A stretch of 64,000 nucleotides of DNA from Amoebidium appalachense (GCA_963693365.1 CAVNZM010000009.1:2234231-2298230), one strand, 5' to 3'; numbered from the stretch's first letter, positions 25,307-51,877 are shown. Made by a program: numbers and translations. The notes: generated by a model not told the origin, from the sequence alone.

Positions 25307-25569
25307 TCCTCAGGTGTGTAAATGGAAAAATGTGTGTGTGAGCATGAGTGCGCGTGTGTGTGTGTATGGGCGTGCGTGCTTGTCCGGGTGTATGTCTTGG
25401 TGTGTGTGTGTGTGAGAGTGTGTGTGCATGCGTGCGAGCACGTGTGCTGGCTGAATGAGCTGAAGAACTTGGTGTATGTAACCACAACTTGCTGACCAGC
25501 AGCTCGCAATTTCCAGTTGTGATAAAAGCATGTAGTATTATGCCTAAAAAAAGGGGAAAGGAAAAAAAA

Positions 25570-25878
25570 GATCTTCGAATGTTGTTGGAACTCAGGCTAC
25601 AGCAGGCCTTCCGAGAAACGGGCTGTGGCCAACAGCTGGCTACCAGGTTACATGTGTTATTATACCTAAAAAGAAGAGATCTTCGAATGTTGTTGGGACT
25701 CAGGCTACAGCCTAACACGTACTGACGTGTTGCCGCACGTGCGACGTTATACATCTACTCAGGCGGCTTAAGTAAAAAAAAAAGAAAGAAAGAAAGGAGA
25801 CACCGCCTCAGTAGGTGGTAGGGCTACAGCAGGCCTTCCGAGAAACGGGCTGTGGCCAACAGCTGGCTACCAGGTTAC
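25570..25878. repeat. Local direct repeats (overlapping partial duplications)
   Basis: GATCTTCGAATGTTGTTGG.ACTCAGGCTACAGC at ~25570 and ~25678; GGCTACAGCAGGCCTTCCGAGAAACGGGCTGTGGCCAACAGCTGGCTACCAGGTTAC at ~25596 and ~25822. Confidence 0.9.
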
Positions 25879-26989
25879 GGTGTGATGGAAGAGAGAAGCA
25901 AGATCATGACATTAGATAAGCAAGTCAAGTCAACGTGTCCCACAATGCATTAATCTCTAATTCTCGTCCGTCGGGCTGCTCTTTGCATGCATACAAACAA
26001 ACTACAGGTGCATCTCTACTGTTCAGGGTCCACACCAAAAAGAGAGCGCACAGATGTTGATCCCTGCCTGCCCACAACTTTCAATTACATACCTGCCTCT
26101 TGGATCCTCTTGGTTCGACATCTTAAAACACCTTTTGCCTTTACCTACATACTCATTCTTTTATGCTTCTTCAAATTTCCACGACTCAACCGTTGCCTTT
26201 TTAGAAGAAAATCCATGGATTGGGACATCTAATGGGACGAACCGTTTTTTGGTTTACAGAACTTGCGAGACCATGAATGAAACAGTGTTCGAATGATCCT
26301 GTCATGTGCTTATGTACAACCTGCCAATGAAAGCATAAATAGCACTACACGGCAATAAACAATATGTCATCTATAGCTAGCTAATCCGATGTGTTCTGTT
26401 CACGTGTTTGCACTGAGGTATGAAAAGGCACGCACAAAACATGCTTTTTTTACAGTGACACCGGCCGGCCGCCAAATTCGGATGTGCCGCGTAATGATTT
26501 GATTGGTTGCCCTGGGATGCAAACGACCGTTGATAATGGCGGGCTTTTTGGTTGGTTCCCATTAGCCATACTTGGCAGTCACAACAAACACACACCGGTA
26601 CATACGTTTTCCGGCATAGCACTGTATGTACACATGTAGGTGCAGAGTTGCAAGTATAGAGTTTTCCTCATACACAGCCCGCCTGCCCCCAGCGTGCCTG
26701 CAAGATGGTTGCATGAAACCAAGATGCCAGATGAATTTCAATGTCTTGGATCATCCATCAGATCGGACATGCATATGGACAAAATGCTCTGGCACCCATG
26801 GCCCACCACCACTGCCACCATCACCGGATCCACAAAGCTCACACGGAAATTGAAAAAATAAAAAACTACCTAAACCACGTTGGGAGGCCGACCATATTGT
26901 AGTAACTTAGTTATCCCCTCGAGACAACATTTTCAAACTTGCCAAAAAGATATGGCGGACTTTTGATATCATGAACTTTAGTGCGGTAG

Positions 26990-27035
<46 letters not shown>

Positions 27036-27303
27036 TTCCACCCCCCCCCTTCCCCCCCGCCCCGGGGGGCCAGGCGCAAGGAACGGGCCGGGCGCCTCCC
27101 TGCCCTCTTGCACCCTGCCACCGGCTGCCTCTCCCCCCGCCCCTGGCCAACGTAAAACTTTAGATAGTGCAGATTCAAGCTAGTCGATATTACATCACAT
27201 TTTTGATAGTAGTATGTGACATGCATACGACGTTGTTTTTTTCGTTAGATATTAGGCAGAATCCCTCCCCCCCCCCCCCCCCCCCCCCCTCTCCCCCCCC
27301 CTC

Positions 27304-27336
<33 letters not shown>

Positions 27337-27459
27337 CTTCCCCCAACAAACCAGCTAAAAGGTTTAAATTTCACCCACTCAACACACACACTCTCTCCCC
27401 CCCCCCCCCCCCCCCCCCCTTCCACCCAACACCACCCCCGCCCCCTCCTCGAGGTCTCC

Positions 27460-27518
<59 letters not shown>

Positions 27519-28311
27519 GCCCCCCGTCCCCTGGCCCTTGAAGTCCGCCGACCAATATCTATTTAGGCTGCGCGCCCATCTACCCTAATTCCCCCCCTAG
27601 ACGTAGCCATGTTCATTTAATTAAATTTCTAACACACTGAGGGAGCTGTATGCATTCTGAGCACGTGTCCAAGGGTCTGACGACACAGAGACTATGTAGC
27701 TAGCTACAGAGCAGAAATTTCTGTGCCCAGAATTCGAATATCCAGTCAGCCCGGCCCAGGAAGCCGCGTGAGGGGCACGGTGAGGCTGGGGGGGAAGTGG
27801 GGGTGAAGGGGAGGAAGGGGGTGGAGGGGGTGGGCGGGGGGAGGGGGGGGGGGAATAGGAAAAGGGGGAATATGACGGTGAAAGAGTGAGGGGAGGAGGG
27901 GGACGGGGGAAGGGGCTAGGAGAATCAAGGGCTCCGCCCCCGGGAATCGGGGGGGGGGGGGGGGGGGGGGGAGGGGGGAGGGGGGGGAGGGGGGGGGGGG
28001 ATAAATCAAGTTTCGCAAATATTAAATAATCAAAGCTGCATAGCAGGTGGAGGTTATACTTGGATTTTTCCGGGCACCCTGCCCTGAGTATTCATAAACC
28101 AACACAGGAAGAGTATGTATTTGAAGCAACAAGCTCTACTCTGTTGCGCATAAATCCCCAACAAAAATTTGGCCCTGTATATAGCCTTATGTCCATTGAA
28201 AACAGTGTATTTTCAATTATTATCATCATGCATCAAATCTCTTAGGTTTGACAGGGTAAAACGAAAAACTGGGTTGCTCATTCAAAGACACTCCAATTTT
28301 TTTTCAAGCAC

Positions 28312-31572
<3,261 letters not shown>

Positions 31573-32213
31573 GGTTATAGTCTATACGTGCAAGAGAAAA
31601 TGACTCACAAAATGTAAAACAGTGTCAATCCAGGAGCCTTTTGCAACGATTAAAAGGAATTGTGAAGCCGTGGACGGTCACTCGGTTTGAATAACAAGCA
31701 GACTGAGAGTCTGATTCTGACTACTTCTGTCAGAGGAGCAAGCATTTATACCCGAAGGAATAGGACGGTGGGGATGTTTCCACGCGAAAATGGTGCTCTA
31801 GAAGGCAGCCGAATTCATTGGCCATGTGGCTTTCGTTGTCATCTTGACAGCTTGCTCGTGTGACACGTTCACGCACCATTTCCGACACGTACGTGTGCAA
31901 CACTCACATGCATGCACACGAAATCTAATGACCACGGAATGTGCGTTACATCGGGTTTTCTTTGACACGTGTACAGACGCATGGGCAGAGGAAACACCAT
32001 GGATATATTGGCCATCTCTGTGTGGTAGATGGTTGTTCATGTGCTTGTGCATGTTTATCGCAATGGCAGGCATGACTGTGTCCAGTTTCCACGGTACATG
32101 CAAAACTCCGTTGGCAACGATGCCCCCCTCCCCCCCCCCCCCCCCCTCCCCTCCCTCCCCCTCCCCCCCCCCCCCCTCCCTTTCTCCCTCAATGTACCCT
32201 CGCCTCCACATCC

Positions 32214-32259
<46 letters not shown>

Positions 32260-33022
32260 ACACGTGCGCGGTAATAACCTTACACGTCATGAACGCACAC
32301 GGTGCGCACGCACTCTCACACACCACCACCGATACCGGCGCAACACCCCTTGGTGAAACCACAAAATTTAAAAGGAGGAGAAAAATTCAATGACATGCAC
32401 ATTCTGTGTAGGGCCCGGGGGTCTGGCCGGGCTGCTCAGTTTTTCGCAGCGTGAATGATCCATGCATGCGCCTGTGACATGATGGTGCGTGTGTTACATA
32501 CAGTACGTGACACGTGCACGGCCATATGAGCGGCCCAAGCGCCCATGTGCTACCCATGGCACACGCATGTCGATAGTAATAGTGCAAAGTCAAATACAGT
32601 AACTGTAGTGTCTGAAAGAGATGACAGAGACTACTGTCTATGGACTGTATATGCACACGCTTTCTTGAATTCATGAGTAAAACAATTGGGGCTGAACTGA
32701 TTAGTTTTTACATTTGGCAACCACCGGTCACCACGCGTACATCTGACTGGGCCCAAGGAGGCTGCCCAAGGGGTGTGGTGGCCAGGGGAATAATGGCACA
32801 AATATATACATATCTTGTGTTCAGCGGGGGCATCCATTATTGGGTTTCATGAATATTGTGTGTGGATCCTCACTCCCAATGTCCCCCCCCCTCCCCCCCC
32901 CCCCCTAAAACTAGCTTGCGATGGCTTCTCTCCCGGTAGTATCCCCCCCCCCCCCCCCCAAAAAAAAAAAACATCTCTCTTCGGTCTTTTAACCACGAAA
33001 CACGTGCACACGGACGCACACA

Positions 33023-33066
<44 letters not shown>

Positions 33067-33327
33067 CACACGTGCGCGCGCGCAGTATACCTACACACAT
33101 GTACACACAGACGAACCGTTGATGGCAGCATGCATTAATATATTTCTGACTTGATAGAACTTCACTATGTGAAAGATTTCGAAAAGAAGTACACGGATAA
33201 ACCTTACAAGGGAATACATATGGATAACGATAGTAACAAAAAGGCGACGAAAACGGAGTCTATGCACTACACCACCCACCGGTACCGACCATACCTCTAG
33301 AAGTCCATGTATTGCTGCCACTCATAC

Positions 33328-33386
<59 letters not shown>

Positions 33387-33498
33387 AAAAAAAAAAAAAA
33401 AAACTAGGCACAAAATGGCTTTTCGACTCGGGAGAAAAAAACAAGAACAAAACAAAACACTGCATCTACAGTAGAAACTAAAGCACATCAAAATCCAG

Positions 33499-33537
<39 letters not shown>

Positions 33538-33558
33538 CCCCCCGCGTTGTTGCCCCTA

Positions 33559-34844
33559 TCATTCAGACCCTTCAACCTTCTTGTGAGCAGGGGGGACACA
33601 CGATGCCTTGTGTGTAGGCCATGCCTTCTTTTGGCAATTGACAGAACCGAACCGAGCCACCCTACATCTACTGCAATGCTTCCACGCGCCAATACTACGA
33701 CACCATGAACACTCAGACCACACCGGCTCAGACTTAGATACCGCCATTTCCCATACGTCTTGATACACCCAATCACCGGAGCGCATGAATATCCCGTTAT
33801 ATCCGCCCAATAGGAACGCGCGGCTCCCCTCGTCGTTGATCGACAAAGTACATCCTGCACGCGGCGATGGTTGCTTGTTGCTTTTTGGCGAATTTAGGTT
33901 ATACCATGTCGGTGCGTGGTTGTTTCGGCACAAAAGCCTCAATCCCCCATCGAAATACCTGCTCCCAAAGACAGACTGACCCGCCACATACACGCTCTCG
34001 CTGTATCCGCACACAATGTAGATCGCACGATCGTTCACCACCGCGCATGCCGATTCCGACCTTCCCACAGGTTTGGTCCCAGACGTATTGACCATTTCCC
34101 ACTTGTTTTTCTCTGGATCATATTCCCATAAATCGTCCAGCATAATATGTTTCAGCGACCCATCCCCCGCATCATAGCCGCCCCCGAAAACATACATTTT
34201 CCCCCGAGCGCCCCACGCGCAGTGCAGGTTTCGTGCCCTGGGAGTGGGGCCAGATTGGGTTAAAAGCTCCCATTTTTCCTTTTTAAAATCATACGCCCAC
34301 AACTCATTCGTCTCTTCCTGTACCTTGCATGCGTGTTTGCATCTGCCCCCCTTTGGCCAAGACGTGCACGAACACGAAAGCGGATACGCCTCTGTGCCAT
34401 CATCAATGAATATCCCCCCAAACACGTACATTTTGTAGCCGATTACCACGGCGGAATGCTCCTTTCTTCTCCACGGCCTTCCACCCCATTTCCACGGGGG
34501 ACTCTTCCATTCAAACGTGCGCAAATCCAAACAGTTCCAGTGGTGATGGTCGACTCCTTTGGTTGGTCGAAAATCATCCTCCCCATAAAGCACCTCTGAA
34601 TCCCCCCCATACACGTACATGACATCGTTATAAACGACCGCCGAGTGGTTCGCAACGACATATGGTGGTTTTCCGGTGATTTTGGGAACGGAACCCGTAA
34701 GTGTGGCCATGTCGAGCACATAGACGTCGTTGAGTTTCTGGTGTTTTGCTTTGTTGGATTTCCCCATGGTGTAGCCGCCAAAGACGATGATTTGGTTGTT
34801 GTGGGTCACGGCGGAATGGAACATGCGCGGAATCATTGGTATAC
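33559..34844 (-). CDS. Kelch-repeat beta-propeller with SWIM-like insert and C-terminal degenerate MYND finger (large terminal exon)
   Basis: Kelch-type repeats PRMFHSAV..IIVFGG, NHSAVV..MYVYGG, EHSAVV..MYVFGG, LHCAW..MYVFGG, RSESACAV..IYIVCG and PRAGCT..AFLLGG. Insert CSCTSWPKGGRCKH. C-terminus CSWC..CSRC...FGSVNCQKKAWPTHKASC. Confidence 0.85.
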
Positions 34845-34848
34845 CCGG

Positions 34849-34991
<143 letters not shown>

Positions 34992-35879
34992 GTGTGTGGT
35001 TGTGTGTGTGTGCGTGTGTACATGTGTGTGTGTGCGCGCGCATGTGTGTGTGTGTGCGTGCGCGCGCCGACACACGTGCGTGTGTGCACGTGCATGTGCT
35101 TGTGTGTGTGCATGTGTGTGTGCGTGTTTACGCTTTTTTGTCCATGTATGTGTTGGGGGGGGGGGGGGGGGGAAGGGGGGAGGGGGGGGAGGGGGGAGGG
35201 AGGATTCGTGAGTGACCAAAGAAAGCGTGGATGGCAGTGCCCGTGTGATTAAAAGAGTGATGCTAATGGCGTGCACGCACACACGCTGCTTTGTATGGTC
35301 GTTCGAGCAGGTAGAAAAGGGTGTGTGTGTGTGTGTGTCTGCAGGGGGGAGGGGGGGGAGGGGCGCGGGGGGGGGGGGGGGGGGGGGGGGGGGAGGGGGG
35401 GGGAGGGGGAGGGAGGGGAGAGGAGGCCATTTCATGATTATTGTGTGCAATCTCCAACTTTCATGTAAACTTTGACATGAATTGTCTCGAGTTGAGATGT
35501 AGTTTATTCGGAACGTAAAGTCGCAACAGGGGGCAGGGAAAAAAAAAAAAGAGGTTAACGAAACAGTCTTGCTGTGTGACATTAAAATGGAAAAAGGTGG
35601 GGGGAAAGGCGGGTAGAGAGTGGCCTAAGTATGGGTGGGGATGGTGAGTTCGTGCTGTGTGCGCGCCAGTGCAAAGGTGTGAATTTATCTTTAATAAACG
35701 GCCTAAAAAATCGTTGCAACTATATTCTTTAATCGCAATAAAACAAGATAGAATGTGGCTATTGGTTCTGTGTCACCGGATATGAACAGAGCAAAGTCAA
35801 ACTAAAAAACGGACACTCTCAAGAGGCAACTGAAAGGGAAGCAACTAACGGAGCGAAATTAAAAGGGATAGTGATTTGG

Positions 35880-35922
<43 letters not shown>

Positions 35923-36258
35923 GAGAGAGAGAGAGAGACTGATCATTACTGGAAGTAGGCACACGCACGGGTGTGTGTGTGTAGAAGGTTGAGGGAGGGA
36001 GAAGGTACGACCAGCGGAAAGCCACAAAGTGTAAGAAAGAAGACACCAGAGGGGAGGTAAGAAGGTGGAGGGCACGTGAGGGGCTGAACACGGGGGGGGA
36101 GGGGGGAGAGTGAGGGGTTGGGGCCGGGGGGGGGGGGGGGGGAGGGAGGGAGAAAGGACCCCAGGGAGAGGGAGATGGGGCCTGCATGTCGCGTAGAGTA
36201 ATACGAGGTAGAAGAATACTCTTTGCAGAGCACAGTGGTGGTGGTGGTGTGTATGTGT

Positions 36259-36313
<55 letters not shown>

Positions 36314-36419
36314 GAAGAGGGGGAGGAAGAGCGAGGGAGGGGGAGAAGGGGGGGGAAAGGGGGAGAGAAAGAGCGAGGGGGGGGGGGGGAGGAGAGGGGG
36401 GAGGGCGGGGGGGGTTAAC

Positions 36420-36899
36420 CTGGACTGTGTGTTGAGCCCAAATGATTTCACCCTGCTTGGTGCTCAACTTAGCGCCCAATCAATCCATACTCGTGCGGAT
36501 TTCCTCGATCAAATCACGGCCAAATCCGAGGGATGAACCGTGAGAGGTACGGAGGAAGTTATGGAGGTAGGAGTAGTCTTCGAATGCTTCCTCCACCCGG
36601 CCAAGTGCGTCATAGGCCTTAGCACGACGATAGAGACCCTGTGTGTGGGTGTGGATGTGTTGGTGGGGGTGGGGTAGGGAGTTGGGGGTGCGGAGGAGGG
36701 GGAAGGAAGGAGGAGGAGAAGGGATGGGGGGAAGGGGGGAGGGTTTGGGATCTTGTGTCTGTGCGTGTGTGTGTGGGTGGATTGGTAAAGGGGGAGGGGG
36801 GGGGGGGAGGAGAGGGAGGGGAAGGGGGGGGGGGGGGAATGGGGGGAGGGGGGAGGAGCGGGAATGTTGTGTCTGCGTGTTTGTGTGCAGGATTGTGTC

Positions 36900-36951
<52 letters not shown>

Positions 36952-37857
36952 TGTGTGTGTTTTGGGGGGGATACATGCATTAGATGGTTGGATATATGGA
37001 ATAGATGGAGGGAGAGACAAAGAGGAGGCAGGCATGTGGAGGAAAGGAAATGGGTGGCAGCAGGGGGGGGGGGGGGGGGGGGGGGGATTGTGTGTGTTTG
37101 TAAGGTGGGATGAGGGAGAGTGGAATGTGTGTGTGTGTGTTTGTTGCAGGGGAGAAGGGGCTAATGAATGTGGGTGTAAATGCTAGGGGAGGGGTGCGAA
37201 GGAGGTGTTTGTTTTGTTTGATTGTTGAGATTTGCGAGGGGGAGGGTGGGGGAGAGGGGGGGGGGGGGGAGGGGGGAGGGGGGGGGAGGAGGGGCTTTGA
37301 TGTGTAATTGTGTGGGTATGTCTCCCGGTGCACTGTAAATGTGTGTGTACCGGCATGTGGGTAGTATCGCACAGACACGTTATGATCACAGAGAATAGGT
37401 GAAGGCTAACGGGTAGACGATGTGTATCGAGGGGGTGCAAGGGGGAGAACGGGGAGGGGGCGGGGGGGGGGGGGGGGGGGGGAGGGGAGAGGCGGAGCGG
37501 CAAAGGGCTGGAATAAAGAAGGGGAAGGGGAGGGGGAGGGGGGGTGGGGGGTGGGGGGCGAGCGGGCAGGTGGTGGTGGTGGTGGGAAGGGGGGGGAGGC
37601 CAGACAGTGGGGAATAATTACCAGGATAATCAAGTAGCTCCCCCCCCCTCTCCCCCCTCCCCCCATTCTCTCCCCCCCCCCCCCCCCTCCCCCCCCCCCC
37701 CCGTCCCCCATTTCTCTCTTGTGAGGGCACACACTTACATAAACACACATGATCAGGCGAACACTCCTGCTAAGGACAAAGAGGAAAGCGGTGGTGGTGG
37801 TGGTGGGGGAGGGGAGTGGGAGAGGGAAAGGCTGGGGGTGGTGGTAGGGGATGGAGA

Positions 37858-37888
<31 letters not shown>

Positions 37889-39637
37889 GCGGGGGCCAAA
37901 GGCACCTCAGATCGTTCATCGATGGCTCCGTATAAATACCGATTTTTATTTCGGATTCCCGAGTTGCAACGGGATAATACCCACTAGGCCACAACGGTAG
38001 CTTATATATTCCCTCCAGCTCCGGAGGCGGGTACTGAATGCGAAATTTCGACATTTTTTCCGGTTTTTTCGCCACGGTATCCACACGAAGAAACCTTTCG
38101 AGTGTGCTGTCCAACGGCCAGAACGTGGCGATATCCCCCACACCGTGCGCCCATTTCAGAAATTTCGTGGCGTAAATCACGCTGTGCATCATCACCTCAA
38201 ACAGTCGGATCTGATCGAGGGTAAACGGTGCAACCCTCTCAATGAGCCGTGGACCACCCACGTTGTATCGGTGAATGGAAAAATCCGGATATCCTCCAAT
38301 TTTATTGTCGATCGGGACGCGAAAATCCCGATCGAACGGGAAATTGTTCCGCAGTGCCCACACGTACGTGTCGGGGTTAACACACTCCGTCGTGCTGAAG
38401 AACAGTTGGTAGTGGAGGGAATTGTTTGCAAGTTTATCCGGGCTCTGGTTGCCCAGCGACACGTTTCGTACGTCTGTGGTCATCCCAAACGAGGGACCAC
38501 ATGAGCCAGCACCACCAAAAACCTGTTTGGTAAATGTATGGGTAAGCACTTGAAAATTGAAAGGGTGTGTACATGTGTGGTGGTGGCAGTGTGTGCAGGG
38601 AGGGGAGGGGGAGGGGGGGGAGAGGGTTAAAGGAAAGGCGTTTGGCAGGGAAACCCCCCTCCAGGGGGGGGGGGGGGGGGGGGCAGGGGGGGATTCCCAC
38701 CATACCATTGACAAATCAGAACAGTTTTGTCAATGGCCCTTCTTTTTTCCAAACACACTTCCCACTCTCTATCTATCTATCAATTACATCCCCCCCCCCC
38801 CCCCCCCCCCTCCCCCCGGGCCCTCCCCTCTCTTTCTTCCCCCCTCCCCACTCCCACTCCCCAAGTGATCTCCCCCCCTCCCCTCCCCAGCTACACGTTC
38901 TCCGCCACATGGGATCCCACTCACAACTCCGCAACCTCATCTACACGTCCATAAACCCTGTTTACCTTCTACGGGATCTTCCTCGTCCCATGCTCTACAC
39001 CTTGCCATGCACACCACTGCCCCGTCCTCCCCCTCCCCCCCCTCTCCCCCCCTCCCCACCGTTGTGTCCCCTTCTCCTCCCTTCTGCTCTCTAAACACAA
39101 AAAGATAGTTTACCCCTCGATTTGCTTTTAGGAAGTCAGGCGAAAAGAACGAAAAGCACGAATGAAGAAAGAAGAAGGAAAAGAGCGAAAATTAACTGAC
39201 ACATAGAGGAGAACTGGAGCACTAAGAAGCCCACACACACCCCTGCACCCACCCACATCCACGAAAACGTCCCCGCCCTCCCCGCCCGCCCCCTCCACTC
39301 ACACTAGCCCCCTTAAGTCTCTAACCCCTCCCCCCTCTCCGCCCACCCTCCCACCCCCCCACCCACCCCACGCCCCAGCCAACCCCCCGTTCCCCCCCCT
39401 TCCCTCCACAATCGTCCCCACCCACCCACCAGCCAACCCACACCCGTCGACAAAACAGCACAGAAAAAAAAAAACATGAGAGCTTCCCCCCACCTGGACA
39501 TAGTAATGCATTCCCTCGAACGTCACCCGAAACACGTGGCAACTGCGCAGTCGCAACCACGGCTCAACTTGAAAGGCTTCGCTGGCGATTTCAAAGAGCA
39601 CACGCGCCTGCTTAACATGAGCTTTGGAAAACTCCAT
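36420..39637 (-). CDS. 5' exons of the Kelch-MYND locus (or a separate upstream gene): bacterial-like N-terminal domain plus TPR; in-frame TGA at 36480-36482
   Basis: Exons 39637-39494 (ATG with an upstream in-frame stop), 38522-37906, a 28-nt microexon 37766-37739, and 36638-36420. TPR-like GLYRRAKAYDALGRVEEAFEDY. N-terminus LFEIASEAFQVEPWLRL..FRV..YYVQVFGGAG recalls DUF7309/DUF6930-type proteins (from memory, unverified). Confidence 0.65.
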
Positions 39638-40199
39638 GGTATTTGAGCTCTCACGAGCTGAGAGCGCACACTACCCAAGAGAAAGGGGGACAGATCAAGA
39701 AGCAAAACGGATAAGGGAAAGGTTGTCTATGATAAAATCCGTAACAGTTGGTCTGAGGCGACTGGGTTTCCACTGTTGCCAACTTAATGAGGTTTTGGGC
39801 GTGAGCACATCCTTCCGTGTTCTATACGCACGTGTTCATGTGTGTGCGCCTGGGTCAATGTGCCGTAGTGGCCGAAACAGTGTGTGTGCACATGTAGAAA
39901 TTTAAAGGCACCTCACTTCAAGCTGTGCCTTTTTGGCACCTCACTTCAAGCAGTGCCTTTTTTGAACAAGAACAAAAAGGCGCGAAATTCAGCCAATTGC
40001 AATCAACCATTTTATTGATACTTTTCCTCTTTCAGTTTCTCCGAGAAACTTTCTCGTGTTCAAACATTCAGGCAGGGAAGTTCCCTGGAGTTCCAAGTCA
40101 CACATGCACACTGCACTACACAACAATAACGGGGAGTTTGACAGAGGTTCCAAGTCTCTTTTGTTGTGTTTATTGGTGTGTTAGTTAGCTGTTTGCAGG
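39638..40199. promoter_or_regulatory. Putative bidirectional promoter region between divergent genes
   Basis: ATGs at 39637 (-) and 40200 (+) diverge ~560 bp apart. The interval lacks long homopolymer or CA tracts and contains a duplicated GGCACCTCACTTCAAGC.GTGCCTTTTT unit (~39907-39962) and a CCAAT at ~39993. Confidence 0.55.
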
Positions 40200-49577
<9,378 letters not shown>

Positions 49578-50006
49578 CTGGCGCAATTGTATAATTTTAA
49601 TGTGTAAATATTTTAAAATTGTAAAAGGAATGTAGCAAACAGTGTTAATAGCAGGTGTTTGCTATAATCTAAAACTGTTGATGTTTTTGAACTTTTAGTA
49701 GGAGTTTCTCGCATGTTAGATTGTGTCTCGAAAGGCTATTGAGATTGAGGGCGAAAAGGCATAAAATGGCAAACAGATCAACAAATGAATCAATAAACAA
49801 ATATTATGATAAATGAACAAATCAATGTCTAAACAAACAAGAAACCAAATATGTGATTTAATATAAACGAAAAATATATAAATAAATAAGCAAAAATAAG
49901 CACATATTTTGAAAGAATCAAATAAGTGAATGTGGAGTCACATGTCCGCGGTATTGCTCCAGGTATGATTCTTACTTGCCCCTTGCTACTACCCCCCCCC
50001 CCCCCC

Positions 50007-50046
<40 letters not shown>

Positions 50047-50821
50047 ACACACACACACGTATAATACACACACCTACACACCCGTACACCCACATGCCTC
50101 CCATGCTGCACCACCTGCACTTTCATTCATTCATTTTTTTTTTTTGACCTTTCCCATTACAGCCAGTTTCACGGCTTTCTAGACCAGTTTCCTTTTCCCG
50201 AAGGGTCCTCTCTGCCTTCCCCCCCCCCCCCCCCCCCCCCCCCCTTCTCCCCCATCTTACCTTCAAATTCGAGGTCAAACCTGCCTCCTCCACACCCAGT
50301 TCCCCTCTTCCCCCCCTTAATCCTGTTGTGAACCATCCACCCCCCAACCTCAGCGTTCAGGATGAACGAGTTTATGGAAGAGAAAGCGATTGCGCCGAGA
50401 CCTAAAAAGAAAAGGAGAGAGAGAAATTGAAGGGCAAAGGAGAATCGCACCTCGGGGTGTGAGTCGTCGACCTTATCAATCATTAGACGATGTCTGTTCT
50501 TGGCAGGTATATTTATTTCACATCAGCACCAGGGAGGTCGACCTTTTGCCAATTTAAAGGTTCCGGGATCCAAAGAGAAACAAAAAACATAAAAGGCTCT
50601 GCAACCAAAAAAAAAAAAAAAAAAAAAGTTCCACCAGGATAAAGGGATAACCTGTGTTATTTTAAATGAAAAAACCACACTCACGCTTACGTTTTACTCG
50701 CCTTGGTTTAGCTCACCATGTGAAGCTAATAGAATGCTTCACAGGTTTAAAGAAAAGAAGAAACGACACAGGCATGCCAGCCATCGTACTCCGCAACTCT
50801 CAGTGAGAGTCACAGGAGTGG

Positions 50822-50900
50822 CTGACACCCAAGCGGGAATCGAACCCGCAGCCTCTAGCGTCAGAGGCGAGGAAAATGCCCACTCAGCCAGACCGGCTCC
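50822..50900 (-). mobile_element. tRNA-derived SINE head or tRNA pseudogene
   Basis: Minus strand GCCGGTC-TGGCTGAGTGG (A box)...GCGGGTTCGATTCCCGC (T-arm, B box). The acceptor and anticodon stems do not pair, so this is not a functional tRNA. Confidence 0.65.
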
Positions 50901-51005
50901 TCAAATGCAATTTGTGGCGGGATCGACATGAAATTTGGCCTCAGGTGGGGGGGGGGGGGGGGGGGGGGGGGGAGGGGGGGGAGGGGGGGGAGGGGAGTAA
51001 AATGG

Positions 51006-51198
51006 ATTTTTTCTATTCAATCCGTTTTGTTCCCGGAATCGGGGACCAATGAAGCCGCCTGAACATCACCGAATGTACTCTAGTTTAAGTGTTAGAGGTG
51101 CATTCTGCTAAGCTAACTTACTGGCACAACGTTACCAATGGATAATTAGCTAATGTGTAGTACATAGCCCAGGGTTTGCACCCCAGCCTCGCCAGTGG
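51006..51198 (-). repeat. Dispersed repeat family, copy 2
   Basis: Homologous to 3692-3903 and 55516-55686. Confidence 0.7.
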
Positions 51199-51251
51199 GG
51201 GAGTAAGAGGGAGGATGTACTCGGTCGATTAGTGATTTGAAAAGGAAAAGG

Positions 51252-51341
<90 letters not shown>

Positions 51342-51551
51342 CACGTGCTATGTGTGGTGATTACAATGTCATATGGTGTGCGAATTTGTGTGACACTGTC
51401 GTTAACGTTGTGGTGGCAGCACGGCCGTCTCGGAAATTCTATTTTTGTCTTATATATATATATTTAGTAATACCATGACTTTGGTAGCAGCAGCAATATG
51501 CGGTGTTCCAGAGGTGGCGGCCGTGTTATGTGCCTGTGCGTATACAGCTGT

Positions 51552-51582
<31 letters not shown>

Positions 51583-51818
51583 GGGTTATCCACGCGTTAT
51601 CTTTGTTCTCCGAAGCTTCGAGAGGCAATCTTTAACGGTCGGAAAACATTACCCTCGGAGGTTTGGCCTTCTTAACCTTTAAAGTGAGAATTGGCTTTAA
51701 TAAGAAAATTTTAAAAGGAAAAACTATACCCTATTTAGTTCCTAGATTTAGGCAGAGTACTGACGGCAGCATAGCCAGAGCATACCATGGCTACGACTCA
51801 TCACCAGTTGCAACATGG

Positions 51819-51877
<59 letters not shown>

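Noticed and set aside
26880-28000. GC-rich MITE-like fragments (..CGCCCCTGG, GCTCCGCCCCCGG)
   Set aside because: No matching TIR pair or TSD could be defined amid the homopolymer runs.
36480-36482. UGA reassignment or selenocysteine as the explanation for the in-frame TGA
   Set aside because: SOD and TASP1 end with TGA at their expected C-termini, and TGG encodes Trp throughout. The context is not a redox motif and I saw no SECIS. A point mutation is simpler.
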